The translations under genes were made by a program, and so were the position numbers. From contig CAYZGL010000001.1 in NCBI GenBank assembly GCA_964477985.1, positions 1 through 63,221 of the forward strand: DNA of 63,221 nt, written 5' to 3'. Each line of letters begins with the position of its first letter. Positions within the stretch are counted from its first letter, which is position 1. Positions 19,084 to 29,046 of this stretch are shown here, in pieces. Origin of the DNA: an uncultured Rubrivivax sp. (GTDB lineage Bacteria; Pseudomonadota; Gammaproteobacteria; Burkholderiales; Burkholderiaceae_C). Under the pieces are notes generated by a model. It was not told the origin of the DNA. It did not search any database and saw only the letters and a list, made by a program, of their open reading frames with translations.

Positions 19084-20142
19084 TCAGGCCGCCTTGCGCA
19101 GGAAACCCTGCTGGCCGCCCTTGGGGTTGGGCGCGAAGCCGTTGGCCGCCAGCGACTCTTCCACGGTGTCGTAGAACTCGCCGATCTTGAAGATCTTGCG
19201 CGCCTCCTTGCCGCTGGCGATGTCGCGGCCGAACTCGCGGCTGATGCGCACCAGCTGCTCGATCTGCTTGACTGTGCTCATCTTCTCGGTGCGCGACTGG
19301 TTCCACAGGTTGTCCTCGATGCCGCAGCGCACGTGCAGGCCCATCGCGATGCCCATCATGTTGATCGGCAGCACGTTGCGCATGCTGCTTTCCACCGTCA
19401 GCACGACGCGCTCGGGCATGGCGCGTAGGAAGTTGGCCAGGCTGTAGATCGTCGGCTGGTCCATGCCGCCGCCGATCGCCACCCAGTTGCACACCAGCGG
19501 GCCCTTGTAGATGCCGCGGCGCATCAGCCGCTCCACGGTCTCGAAGCTGTTGATGTTGTAGAACTGGAACGCGCTTTGGATGCGGCGCGCGTTGAGGCGG
19601 CGGATGTGCTCCTCGAAGAAGCTCGGGTTCGACGGCACGATCATGTTCGAGTAGGTCTCGAAGTTCGCCGGGTCGGCCAGCGAGGTACCGGCGACGTCGC
19701 GGATGTCGAACTGCTCGCCGATGTTCATCTGCGAGGTGTTCACCGTCACCGTCACCTGGTCGGGCGTGGGTTCGAGCTCGGCGAGCATGTGGCGCGTGTC
19801 GTCGCTCAGCCACTTGGCGGCCGCACCCTCGCCCTCCGGCGCGAAGGAGATCGAACCGCCGACCTGCAGGATCATGTCGGGCACGGCCTTGCGGATGCCG
19901 GCGAGCAGTTCGTTGAACATCGACAGCCGCTTGCTGCCCTTGCCGTCGGCTTCACGCACGTGCACGTGCAGCACGGTGGCGCCGGCGTTGTAGCAGTCCA
20001 CCGCCTTTTGCACCTGCTCGGCCATCGACACGGCGATGTCCTCGGGGAAGTCGGAAGGGATCCATTCGGGGCCGTAGGGCGCGGCGGTGATGACCAGCTT
20101 GTCCTGGTTTTCGGGGAAGAGGTGGCCGTCGAGGAAGTTCAT
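19084..20142 (-). CDS. Beta-keto acid cleavage enzyme (BKACE/Kce, DUF849)
   Basis: ITAAP.G, AGATVLHVHVR metal motif, HVRCGIEDN. Confidence 0.88.
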   Translation of the reverse strand: MNFLDGHLFPENQDKLVITAAPYGPEWIPSDFPEDIAVSMAEQVQKAVDCYNAGATVLHVHVREADGKGSKRLSMFNELLAGIRKAVPDMILQVGGSISFAPEGEGAAAKWLSDDTRHMLAELEPTPDQVTVTVNTSQMNIGEQFDIRDVAGTSLADPANFETYSNMIVPSNPSFFEEHIRRLNARRIQSAFQFYNINSFETVERLMRRGIYKGPLVCNWVAIGGGMDQPTIYSLANFLRAMPERVVLTVESSMRNVLPINMMGIAMGLHVRCGIEDNLWNQSRTEKMSTVKQIEQLVRISREFGRDIASGKEARKIFKIGEFYDTVEESLAANGFAPNPKGGQQGFLRKAA

Positions 20143-20205
20143 GGTGTGTCCTTGATGTGAAAAGCGATGAGTTGCACGGATCTGGCAACGGGTGGTCAGG
20201 GTCGG

Positions 20206-21114
20206 TCAATACGTGGCCTCGCCGATGATCCCGGCGCGTTCCATCTTGCGGTGGCACGGCGGGTAGTCGATCACCGCGTAGTGCTGGGTCGAACGGTTGT
20301 CCCACATCGCCATCGAGTTGCGCTTCCAGCGCCAGCGCACCTGGTACTCGGGGATGAAGGCTTGGCTCACCAGGTAGCGCAGCAGGTCGGAGCCGCCGTG
20401 GGTGTAGTCCTGGCCGACGCGCACGTTGTCGGCGGTGTGGAAGTTGCTGAAGTGCGTGGTGAACGCGTTCACGAACAGGATCTTCTCGCCCGTCTCGGGG
20501 TGGGTGCGCACCACCGGGTGCTCGGCGTCGGGGAACTGCGCCTTCAGCGCCAGGCGCTTGTCGGCCGGCATCGCGGCGCCGAAGCTGGCTTCGATGCTGT
20601 GGCGCGCGCGCAGGCCGGCGATCTGCGTCTTGATGTGAGCGGGCAGCTTGTCGTAGGCCAGCACCATGTTGGCCCACATCGTGTCGCCGCCCACCGGCGG
20701 GCACTCGACGCAGCGCAGCACGCAACCGAAGGGCGGTTTCTCGCGCCAGGTGGCGTCGGCATGCCAGGCGTTCTCGTAGCGGTCGTTGGGCTGCTCAGGC
20801 GATTTGTAGATGCGCACCAGGCCGGGGTGGTCGGGGTCGCTGCCGGCCACCGGGTGGTCTTCCAGCTCGCCGAAGTGGCGCGCGAAGGCCACGTGCTCGG
20901 CGCGCGTGATGTCCTGGTCGCGGAAGAACAGCACGCGGTACTGCAGCAGCAGCTTGCGGATCTCGGCCACCAGGCCCGGGTCGCGCGACGCGGCGCCGAG
21001 GTCGACGTTGGACAGCTGCGCGCCGATGGCGCAGGTCAGCGGCTCGACCTTGATCGAATCGGGCAGCGAGCCGGCGCGCACGACGGCGGGGGCTTGTGGT
21101 ACGGCTGTGTTCAT
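20206..21114 (-). CDS. TauD/TfdA family Fe(II)/2-oxoglutarate dioxygenase
   Basis: WHAD, GGDT, HPVVRTHPETG, WDNRSTQHYA. Confidence 0.92.
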   Translation of the reverse strand: MNTAVPQAPAVVRAGSLPDSIKVEPLTCAIGAQLSNVDLGAASRDPGLVAEIRKLLLQYRVLFFRDQDITRAEHVAFARHFGELEDHPVAGSDPDHPGLVRIYKSPEQPNDRYENAWHADATWREKPPFGCVLRCVECPPVGGDTMWANMVLAYDKLPAHIKTQIAGLRARHSIEASFGAAMPADKRLALKAQFPDAEHPVVRTHPETGEKILFVNAFTTHFSNFHTADNVRVGQDYTHGGSDLLRYLVSQAFIPEYQVRWRWKRNSMAMWDNRSTQHYAVIDYPPCHRKMERAGIIGEATY

Positions 21115-21193
21115 GTGGGGGTCTCCTGCGGTTTGCTGCGGCGCGGTGGCCGCTGTCGATGGCAGGAATTCTTGGGCGACGAGGCGCCGAAGG

Positions 21194-21214
21194 CCCCCCC
21201 ACCGTAGAGGGGGG
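21194..21214. promoter_or_regulatory. CCCCC-N8-GGGGG box upstream of the tauD-like operon
   Basis: CCCCCCC ACCGTAGA GGGGGG; minus-strand AAGAAT -10-like hexamer at 21173-21168. Confidence 0.65.
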
Positions 21215-21286
21215 AGGTGCCTGTCGCTGCCACCTTCGCGGCGGCAGCAGCAAGGCGGCTCGCACGTGATGGAAGGCCCGCCGCCG

Positions 21287-23953
21287 TCAGGCGGCTTCGA
21301 GCAGGCCCAGGATGCGCGCGCGCTGCACCACCTGCTTGCGCGTGCCGGCGTCGAGCTTGGCGAACAGGTTCTTCATGTGCCACTTGATCGTGGCCTCGCC
21401 CACCTGCATCGCCAGGCCGATCTCCTTGTTCGACAGGTTGCGCGCCAGCAGCTCGAGCACCTCGCGCTCCTTGGGCGTCAGCGCCATGCTCGGCGGCGAA
21501 CGCAGCCGCGCGGCATCGGCCGGTGGTGCCGGCGCGCGCATCGGCGCGGCCAAGGGGCCGGCACGCGTGGTGTCGGCGGGCGTGTCGAGCTGCTGGCGGG
21601 CCCAGTCGCCCAGCGCCGGGTGGGCGTCGTCGAACACACGCAGCAGCCCGTAGGCCTGCGCCAGCCCGGCGGCTTCGCGCAACAGCTCGAGCGCGCGCTC
21701 GCCGCAGCGGTCCAGCGCATAGGCGCGCAGGCCCAGCAGTTCGATGCGCAGCCGGCCCTGCTTGCGTGCCAGCGCCAGCTGCTCGGCGCGTGCCAGGGGT
21801 TCGAGTGCGGCACGCCACTGCTGCGCGGCGATGGCCGCATGACTCAGCGCCATCTCGCGCAGGATCTCGACGCTGTCGCGCCACAGCCGCCCCTGCGGCG
21901 CGGCCGCATCGGCCAGCAGCGCGTCGATGCGCGCGCACAGCTCGCGGCAGGTCTCGGGGCGAAAGCGCCGCGCGTGCAGCCGCACCTGGTCGGCCAGGCT
22001 GGCGATGCACAGCCGCGGCAGGCGCCGCGACTCGCCCACCGCGTGCATCGCCCACAGCAGCTCGAAGGCGCGGTTCTCGGCGCCCTGCGCGGCCGCGGCA
22101 CGCGCGGCGGTGCGGTAGCCCATCAGCACGGCCTCGGGCATGCCGCTGCGCTCGAGCACGTCCAGCCGGTTGGCCAGCAGCGCGGTGGCCTCGGCGGGCT
22201 GGCCGCGCTCCCACACCGCCGCGGCGAGCAGCGCGCCCAGCATCGTGGCGAAGGCGCTGCGCCGGCCGAGTTCGGCTTCGGCCTGCGCCAGCGCCGGGCG
22301 CAGCTGCTTCTCGGCCAGCAGCACCTGGCCTTCCCACAGGTAGCTCAGCCCGGCGATCAGGTCGCCCCAGCGGCCGACGTACGCCAGCGCGCGCTGCGCC
22401 GGGCCGGGCTGCGCCTGCTGCATGCGCAGCCGCGCCAGCGCGGGCTGGCCTTCGAGCAGCGTGCGAAAGGCCGAGCGGTTGGCGTGGATCTTCAGCAGCA
22501 GCGGATCACGCAGCGGCGGCGCCTCGGCCCAGCGGTCGTGCAGCGCGGCAAAACGGTCGGGGTCGTCGGCGAAGACCGCGGCGCCGCTGAGGATCAGCGC
22601 GCATTCGCATTGCAGCGCCGGATCGACCTGCGGCCGTGCCAGCAGCCGCTCGACCAGCCTGCCGGCTTCGGCATGGCGCTCGCTCAAGCCCAGCGACCAG
22701 GCCGCGGCCAGCAGCACGCGCGGGCGCTGCTCCAGCTCCTCGGGCGGCAGCCGCGCCAGCCATTCGAGCGCGTTGCTGTGGCGCCCGCGCGTCATCACCG
22801 ATTCGTACAGGCTGCGCTCGGCCAGCGCGTAGGCGCGGTCGCGCTGGCCCGCGTCCAGCGCGTGCCTGGCGGCGTCGTCGAGCAGCCCCTGCGCGGCCAG
22901 CCAGTCGGCGGCGCGGCAGTGCATCGCGGCGCGCGTGTCGGCCGGCAGCGCAGACAAGCGCTCGCGCAGCAGCTCGCGCGCCATGCTGTGCATGCGCAGC
23001 CACTCGCTGCCCTCGGCGGCGACGAACACCGGCGTGTCGCGCGCCAGCCGCGCCAGCCGCTCGGGCGCATCGTCGCGGCCGCTGACCGCCTGGCACAGCG
23101 CGGGATGCAGCAAATCGAGCAGCGCGATGTGCGTCAGGAAGGCCACGTCGCCGGCGTCGAGGTTGGCCAGCAGCAGCTCGACGAAATGCTGGCGCAGCGC
23201 CCCGCCCTGCGCGCCCGGCGTCAGCGACGCCACGCGCGCATCGCCGCCGCCGGCGATGGCCGACAGCGCCAGCTGCAGCCCCAGCGGCCAGCCTTCGCTG
23301 AGCTCATGCAGCCGGGCGGCGGCGTCGTCGTCGACGCGCTCGCCGAAGCGCTTGTGCACCAGCTGCAGCGTCTCGTCCAGCCGCAGCCGCAGCAGCTCGG
23401 GCCCGATCAGCGTGCACTGGCCGTAGTCGATGAGGTCGTCGATCGCCAGCCGGCACTCGCTGCGCGCCGCCAGCACCACGCGCAGGTTGGGCGGCGCGTT
23501 GTGCAGCAGGTAGGTCAGCAGTTCGCGCGCGTCGTCAGGCAGCCGTTCGACCTCGTCGACGATCAGCACCACGTCCAGCGCGCTTTGTGCCAGCTCGGCC
23601 AGCCACAGCGTGACGCCCTCGAGCGCATCGGGCGGCGGCGACTCGAGCAGCGTGGGGCCGAAGCCGGGCCGGGCCGCGGCGCTGCGCACGGCCAGCACCA
23701 GCGCCTGCAACAGGCGCTTCGGGCTGTCCTGCGGTTGCGCCAGCACCCAGGCCACCACGGCGCCGCGCGCCAGGTGTTCGAGCCGCCACGACGCCAGCAG
23801 CGAGGTCTTGCCGAAGCCGGCCGGCGCCTGCACCAGCACCACCGGCTGCGCACCCAGCCGCGCATCGGCCGACGACAGCCGCGCTCGCGGCAGCAGCTCG
23901 CGCGCCACGCGCGGCGGCATCACCTTCAGCAGCAGGTCGTCGTGGGGGTTCAT
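21287..23953 (-). CDS. MalT/LuxR (STAND) family transcriptional regulator
   Basis: Walker A APAGFGKT, SEGWPLGLQL, C-terminal LTPKEREVL...NKEIG...TIKWHMKNLFAKL HTH. Confidence 0.92.
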   Translation of the reverse strand: MNPHDDLLLKVMPPRVARELLPRARLSSADARLGAQPVVLVQAPAGFGKTSLLASWRLEHLARGAVVAWVLAQPQDSPKRLLQALVLAVRSAAARPGFGPTLLESPPPDALEGVTLWLAELAQSALDVVLIVDEVERLPDDARELLTYLLHNAPPNLRVVLAARSECRLAIDDLIDYGQCTLIGPELLRLRLDETLQLVHKRFGERVDDDAAARLHELSEGWPLGLQLALSAIAGGGDARVASLTPGAQGGALRQHFVELLLANLDAGDVAFLTHIALLDLLHPALCQAVSGRDDAPERLARLARDTPVFVAAEGSEWLRMHSMARELLRERLSALPADTRAAMHCRAADWLAAQGLLDDAARHALDAGQRDRAYALAERSLYESVMTRGRHSNALEWLARLPPEELEQRPRVLLAAAWSLGLSERHAEAGRLVERLLARPQVDPALQCECALILSGAAVFADDPDRFAALHDRWAEAPPLRDPLLLKIHANRSAFRTLLEGQPALARLRMQQAQPGPAQRALAYVGRWGDLIAGLSYLWEGQVLLAEKQLRPALAQAEAELGRRSAFATMLGALLAAAVWERGQPAEATALLANRLDVLERSGMPEAVLMGYRTAARAAAAQGAENRAFELLWAMHAVGESRRLPRLCIASLADQVRLHARRFRPETCRELCARIDALLADAAAPQGRLWRDSVEILREMALSHAAIAAQQWRAALEPLARAEQLALARKQGRLRIELLGLRAYALDRCGERALELLREAAGLAQAYGLLRVFDDAHPALGDWARQQLDTPADTTRAGPLAAPMRAPAPPADAARLRSPPSMALTPKEREVLELLARNLSNKEIGLAMQVGEATIKWHMKNLFAKLDAGTRKQVVQRARILGLLEAA

Positions 23954-24018
23954 CGCGGCGCATCGCTTCGGTTGGCCGGCCATGCTAAGGCAGCCGCGCG
24001 CCGCGTACCGCCCGCGGC

Positions 24019-24036
24019 CCCCCCTTCGGGAGTAGG
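24019..24036 (+). promoter_or_regulatory. Variant CCCCC-N8-GTAGG box upstream of the USP gene
   Basis: CCCCC CTTCGGGA GTAGG, then 21 bp, then TAGATT (24058-24063). Confidence 0.55.
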
Positions 24037-24108
24037 CCGCGGCGCGGGCGCGGCTCCTAGATTTGCGCCGTCGTCCATCGACGCGGCCCCCACCTTCCGG
24101 AGAAACCC

Positions 24109-25134
24109 ATGTACCGCCACCTGCTGGTACCGATCGACGACAGCGACCTGTCGATCGGCGTCGTCGGCAATGCCGTCGGCCTGGCGCGCGCCGTCGGCGC
24201 GCGCATCACCTTCTTTCACGCCGTCGCCGACCCGGCGCGCTCGGTGGCGGGCGACGCCGAGCTGCTGCGCATCACCGCGCACGACGACTACGACTACGCC
24301 TACACCGGCAAGGCGCGCGAGCTGCTGGCCAAGGCCGAGGCCGCGGCGCATGCGCTGGGTGTGCCCTGCAGCGCGCTGCAGCGCCCCGGCGACAAGCCTT
24401 CCACCGCCATCGTCGAAGCCGCCCGCGCCAGCGGCTGCGACCTGATCTTCATGGCCTCGCACGGCCGCCGCGGCCGCCTCGGCATGGCGCTGGCGTCCGA
24501 GACGCTGCAGGTGCTGATGCACGCCGGGCTGCCGGTGCTGGTGTCGTCCACCGGCGAGCCCAAGCCGCCGGCGCACGCGATCGGCATCATCCGCGACGAG
24601 CACCGCTCGCTGGCCGCGGTGATGCATGCCTGGATGCACACGCTGGCCGAGGCGCGCCGCGCCGGCACGGCCGCCGACGCGGCACAGATGCAAGGCATCG
24701 TGCGCTACCTGCGGGAATTTCCGCTGGCGCTGCACCACCCGAAGGAGGAGCAGCACCTGTTCCGGCGGCTGCGCGAGCGCACCGACGCCTTCGATGCCGA
24801 ACTCGACGAACTCGGCCACCAGCACCACCGCGACGAGGCGATGGTCGCCGAACTGGCGGCGCTGGTCGATGTGCTGCAGCGCTGCGGCAGCGCCGAAGCC
24901 GCTGCCACCGCGACACGCGCGCTGGACGATGCGGTGCAGGCCTACGCCAGCTTCCTGTGGGAGCACATGGGCCGCGAGGAAAGCGTGATCCTGCCCGCGG
25001 CGCAGCAGTACCTCAGCGACGCCGACTGGGTCGAGATCGACCGCGCATTCATGGAGAACCGCAAGCTGACCGCAAGCGGCGGGCTCGACAAGAGCTACCG
25101 CCAGCTGTTCTCGCGCATCGTCAACACCGCCTGA
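24109..25134 (+). CDS. Universal stress protein-hemerythrin (HHE) domain fusion
   Basis: N-terminal HLLVPIDDS and DLIFMASHGR (USP); C-terminal DEHRSL, LHHPKEE, HQHH and EHMGREE metal-ligand pattern. Confidence 0.85.
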   Translation: MYRHLLVPIDDSDLSIGVVGNAVGLARAVGARITFFHAVADPARSVAGDAELLRITAHDDYDYAYTGKARELLAKAEAAAHALGVPCSALQRPGDKPSTAIVEAARASGCDLIFMASHGRRGRLGMALASETLQVLMHAGLPVLVSSTGEPKPPAHAIGIIRDEHRSLAAVMHAWMHTLAEARRAGTAADAAQMQGIVRYLREFPLALHHPKEEQHLFRRLRERTDAFDAELDELGHQHHRDEAMVAELAALVDVLQRCGSAEAAATATRALDDAVQAYASFLWEHMGREESVILPAAQQYLSDADWVEIDRAFMENRKLTASGGLDKSYRQLFSRIVNTA

Positions 25135-25144
25135 AGCCCGGCGC

Positions 25145-25162
25145 CCCCCACGCAAGAGGGGG
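25145..25162 (+). promoter_or_regulatory. CCCCC-N8-GGGGG box upstream of DUF1302
   Basis: CCCCC ACGCAAGA GGGGG, then 21 bp, then CACAAT (25184-25189). Confidence 0.7.
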
Positions 25163-25237
25163 CCGCGACGCACTGCCCCTTCGCACAATCTCTGCGCCGA
25201 CCACGCCACGGCCGCAAGGCCAAACAGAACACAAACC

Positions 25238-26923
25238 ATGAACAGCACCCATCGCTTCGCCTTCGCCCCCACGGGCCTGGCCGCCGCGGCCGCCGCGGCC
25301 CTCGTGCTCGCCGCCGCGCCGGCGCAGGCCTTCGAGTTCGACACCGGCAACCCCGAGCTGACGGTGCGCTGGGACAACACGCCGCGCGTCAACCTGGGCA
25401 TGCGCACCGAGCAGCGCGACAACCTGATCGGCAACAACCAGCTCTACGACGAAGGCACCTACAGCTTCGACCGCGGCGACCTGGTGGCCGCACGGCTGGA
25501 CTGGTTCAGCGAACTCGACGTGATCTGGCAAAAGCGCTTCGGCGCTCGCGTCAGCGCGCAGGCCTGGTACGACGGCGCCTACGGCAGCTACGGGCGCTCG
25601 AACCCGAAGTTCGCTTCGATCGCCAGCTACGTCGGCAACCGCTTCACCGACTACACGCGCGACCTGTACCGTGGCCCGGACGCCGAGTTCCTCGATGCCT
25701 TCGTCTTCGGCCGCTTCGACCTGGGCGAGGTGCCGCTGACGGTCAAGCTCGGCCGCCACTCGCTGTACTGGGGCGAATCGCTGTTCGTCAACGGCAACCT
25801 GAACAGCATCGCCTATGCGCAGAACCCGCTGGACCTGCAAAAGGGCTTCGCCACGCCCGGCGCCGAAGCCAAGGAGCTGTTCCGCCCGCTGAACCAGATC
25901 TCGGCGCAGGCCGCACTGACCGACGAGCTGACGGTGATGGGGCAGTACTTCCTCGAGTGGGACTCGTTCCGCTTCCCCGAAGGCGGCACCTTCCTCGGCC
26001 CGGTGGACTTCGCCTTCCGCGGCCCGCAGCGCCAGTACCTCGGCCGTGCGCCCAACGGCGCGCCGATCTGGGCCTACAACGGCGGCAACATCAACCCCGA
26101 CGAGCGCGGCGACTTCGGGCTCGGCGCGCGCTGGAGCCCGCAGTGGCTGGACGGCACGCTGGGCGCGTACTACCGCAACTATTCCGACAAGCTGCCGCAG
26201 CTGCTGCGCACCAAGGGCGGCCTGAACGGCCAGTACAACCTGGTGTACGCCGACCACATCAGCCTGTACGGCCTGAGCCTGGCGAAGAACATCGGCGGCG
26301 TCAGTGTCGGCGCCGAGCTGTCCTACCGCGCCAACACGCCGCTGAACGCGGTGGTGCTGGGCAACGCCACCGCGGCCGGCGTGCTGCCGGGCGGCGAGAC
26401 GGCCGGCCCGCGCGGCAACACCGCCAACGGCCTGGTCAACGTGCTCGGCGTGATCCCGAAGACCGAACTCTTCGACGCCGCCACCTGGGCCGCCGAGCTG
26501 GTGTGGGCGCACCTGGTGTCGGTGCGCAGCGGGGCTAACCTGTTCATGGGCGAGGGCTACGCGCCCTGCGCCGGCAAGGACAAATGGGACGGCTGCACCA
26601 CCGGCAACTACTTCGGCATGTCGGCCGCGTTCACGCCGACCTGGTACCAGGTGTTCCCGGGCGTGGACCTGTCGGCGCCGATGGCCATCTTCGGCGGCCT
26701 GTCGGGCAACGCGCCGACGGTGTTCGGCGGCAACCAGGGCAACGGCAACTACGCCATCGGCCTGGGTGCCGACGTGTACCAGAAGTACCGCTTCGACCTG
26801 AAATACATCGACTACTTCGGCCACACCAAGGACAACGGCACGATGGTCACCGCGCAGAACGGCTTCACCACGCTGCTGAAGGACCGCGGCTCGGTGTACC
26901 TGACCTTCAAGACCACCTTCTGA
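25238..26923 (+). CDS. DUF1302 family outer membrane beta-barrel protein
   Basis: Signal peptide AQA-FEF; RWDNT, LGRHSLYWGESLF, KELFRP; C-terminal DRGSVYLTFKTTF. Confidence 0.85.
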   Translation: MNSTHRFAFAPTGLAAAAAAALVLAAAPAQAFEFDTGNPELTVRWDNTPRVNLGMRTEQRDNLIGNNQLYDEGTYSFDRGDLVAARLDWFSELDVIWQKRFGARVSAQAWYDGAYGSYGRSNPKFASIASYVGNRFTDYTRDLYRGPDAEFLDAFVFGRFDLGEVPLTVKLGRHSLYWGESLFVNGNLNSIAYAQNPLDLQKGFATPGAEAKELFRPLNQISAQAALTDELTVMGQYFLEWDSFRFPEGGTFLGPVDFAFRGPQRQYLGRAPNGAPIWAYNGGNINPDERGDFGLGARWSPQWLDGTLGAYYRNYSDKLPQLLRTKGGLNGQYNLVYADHISLYGLSLAKNIGGVSVGAELSYRANTPLNAVVLGNATAAGVLPGGETAGPRGNTANGLVNVLGVIPKTELFDAATWAAELVWAHLVSVRSGANLFMGEGYAPCAGKDKWDGCTTGNYFGMSAAFTPTWYQVFPGVDLSAPMAIFGGLSGNAPTVFGGNQGNGNYAIGLGADVYQKYRFDLKYIDYFGHTKDNGTMVTAQNGFTTLLKDRGSVYLTFKTTF

Positions 26924-26943
26924 CTTTCAAACTGGAGACGACG

Positions 26944-28305
26944 ATGAAACTGCAACACACCCTGCTCGCCGGCGCGATCGCCGCCCTGATGACCAGCCTT
27001 GCGGGCACCGCCGCACACGCGGCGATCACCGCCGAACAGGCCAAGGCGCTGGGCAGCACGCTGACCGCCGTCGGCGCCGAGAAGGCCGGCAACAAGGACG
27101 GCAGCATCCCCGCCTACGACGGCGGCCTGACCAAGCCGCCGGCCGGCTTCAAGGCCGGCGACGGCGTGCGCCCGAACCCCTACGCCAACGACAAGCCCAA
27201 GTTCAGCGTCGACGCCAAGAACATGGCGCAGTACGCCGGCAACCTGACCGAAGGCACCAAGGCGCTGCTGCAGCAGTACCCCGACTTCCGCATCGACGTG
27301 TACCCGACGCACCGCAGCGTCGCCTTCCCGAAGTTCGTGCTCGACAACACCGCGAAGACCGCGCTCACCGCCAACACCAGCAACGGCGGGCGCTCGATCG
27401 AAGGCGCGCATGCCGGCTTCCCGTTCCCGATCCCCAAGGACGGCTACGAGGCGATGTGGAACCACCTGGTGCGCTTCAACGGCCAGGCCTACGAATCGAA
27501 GTACCGCAACCTGACGATCGACTCCAGCGGCCGCGCCACGCTGGCCACCGAAGGCAACAGCGTGCAGGAGTATCCGTACTGGGACCCGAGCAAGAGCAGC
27601 GCCGAGACCTACTGGCGCATGAAGCTGAGCTACACCGCACCGGCACGCCGCGCCGGCGAGGCGCTGCTGCTGGTCGACCCGCTGGACATCGGCGCCAAGG
27701 ACCGCCGCGCCTGGAGCTACCTGCCCGGGCAGCGCCGCGTCAAGGTGGCGCCCGACTTCTCCTTCGACACGCCCAACCCCGGCACCGCCGGCGGCAACAC
27801 CTTCGACGACGTGTTCATCTTCAACGGCTCGATGGACCGCTACGACTTCAAGCTGGTGGGCAAGAAGGAGATGCTCGTGCCCTACAACGCCTATGCCGCG
27901 GTGTACGGCGCCAAGCAGGACGAACTGCTCAAGCCGCACTTCCTGAACCCCGACCTGGTGCGCTGGGAGCTGCATCGCGTGTGGGTGGTGGAAGCGACGC
28001 TGCGCGAGGGCAAGCGCCACGTCTACGGCAAGCGCACCTTCTATCTGGACGAGGACTCGTGGGCGGCGCTGGCCTCGGACGAGTACGACGCACGCGGCCA
28101 GATCTACCGCGCCGGCTTCGCCTACATGGCACCGAGCTACGACCTGCCGGCGCCGTACACCGACATGTTCAGCACCTACGACCTGATCGCGCGCAGCTAT
28201 TCGCTGACCGGCTTCATCGCCGAGACCGGCGGCGTCAAGCACACCAAGCCGCTGGCCGACCGCGAGTGGACCGCCGACGCGCTGGCCGGCTCGGGCGTGC
28301 GCTGA
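26944..28305 (+). CDS. DUF1329 family periplasmic protein
   Basis: GGAG RBS; LTAVGAEKAGNKDGSIP, GFPFPIPK, AWSYLPGQRRV, RWELHRVWVVEATL, FYLDEDSW. Confidence 0.88.
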   Translation: MKLQHTLLAGAIAALMTSLAGTAAHAAITAEQAKALGSTLTAVGAEKAGNKDGSIPAYDGGLTKPPAGFKAGDGVRPNPYANDKPKFSVDAKNMAQYAGNLTEGTKALLQQYPDFRIDVYPTHRSVAFPKFVLDNTAKTALTANTSNGGRSIEGAHAGFPFPIPKDGYEAMWNHLVRFNGQAYESKYRNLTIDSSGRATLATEGNSVQEYPYWDPSKSSAETYWRMKLSYTAPARRAGEALLLVDPLDIGAKDRRAWSYLPGQRRVKVAPDFSFDTPNPGTAGGNTFDDVFIFNGSMDRYDFKLVGKKEMLVPYNAYAAVYGAKQDELLKPHFLNPDLVRWELHRVWVVEATLREGKRHVYGKRTFYLDEDSWAALASDEYDARGQIYRAGFAYMAPSYDLPAPYTDMFSTYDLIARSYSLTGFIAETGGVKHTKPLADREWTADALAGSGVR

Positions 28306-28313
28306 AAGCCGAT

Positions 28314-28347
28314 GCGGCGTGGGGCCCGCAAGGCGGCTGCACGCCGC
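28314..28347. terminator. Stem-loop between convergent DUF1329 and vapC
   Basis: GCGGCGTG...CACGCCGC outer stem with an internal GCAA loop; no U-tract. Confidence 0.35.
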
Positions 28348-28776
28348 TCAGCCGAGCGGATTGATGCACTTCAGCCCGGCGAAGCGCCTGAAGTCGTTGT
28401 CGGTCGATGCCATGGCATAGCCGCGCTCGATCGCCAGCGCGGCGAGGTGCACGTCGGTCGTCAGGTTGCCCGCCGTACCGGCGGCTGCGATCAGGTTCTT
28501 CATGATCGCCCAGTGGCGCTCGCCCGGCACCACCAGACCCGCGCACGGCAACGCGAACCACTCGTCCAGATAGGCCATCGCAGCCTGCGGCGTCAGCGGC
28601 TTGCGCATGACCTTGGGATGCGTCGTGATGCGCAGAAACGCGAGCACGACCACCCACGCCATGCCGACCTGCGCCGAACCCGAAAGCACCGTCTCGAGCC
28701 AGCGCCGCACCGTCTTGTGATGTACGGCATCGGCGTCGATCGCGTAGATCAGGACGTTCGCGTCGAGAAGGATCAT
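28348..28776 (-). CDS. vapC: PIN-domain toxin, VapC family
   Basis: MILLDANVLIYA, TDVHLAALAIE, ASTDNDFRRF; overlaps the antitoxin stop (ATGA). Confidence 0.9.
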   Translation of the reverse strand: MILLDANVLIYAIDADAVHHKTVRRWLETVLSGSAQVGMAWVVVLAFLRITTHPKVMRKPLTPQAAMAYLDEWFALPCAGLVVPGERHWAIMKNLIAAAGTAGNLTTDVHLAALAIERGYAMASTDNDFRRFAGLKCINPLG

Positions 28777-29042
28777 TTGCGCTGCAGCAGCTTGCGGGCG
28801 ATTTCCTGGTCCTCGAGCGCGTCGGCCAGCACCAGGGCCTTGTCGATGTCCAGCCCGGCACGCACGCCGCCCAGCGCGGCCGGCTTCAGGCGGTAAGCCT
28901 TGGCGGGCTCGATCACCTTGCGCGCGGCCAGGCCGGCGCGCAAGGTCTCGTTGACTACCTGCTTGAAGGACTTGCCCGATTCGTGGGCCGCGTTCTTGAG
29001 CGCGGCGGCGATGGCTTCCTCGAGCGTCAGGGTCGTGCGCAT
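28773..29042 (-). CDS. vapB: Ribbon-helix-helix antitoxin, VapB-like
   Basis: MRTTLTLEEAIAAALKNAA...SFKQVVNETLRAGL; directly upstream of the PIN toxin. Confidence 0.85.
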   Translation of the reverse strand: MRTTLTLEEAIAAALKNAAHESGKSFKQVVNETLRAGLAARKVIEPAKAYRLKPAALGGVRAGLDIDKALVLADALEDQEIARKLLQRK

Positions 29043-29046
29043 GGCG

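Noticed and set aside
20206-21114. Calling the dioxygenase tauD (taurine-specific)
   Set aside because: Only family motifs are visible and there is no tauABC context
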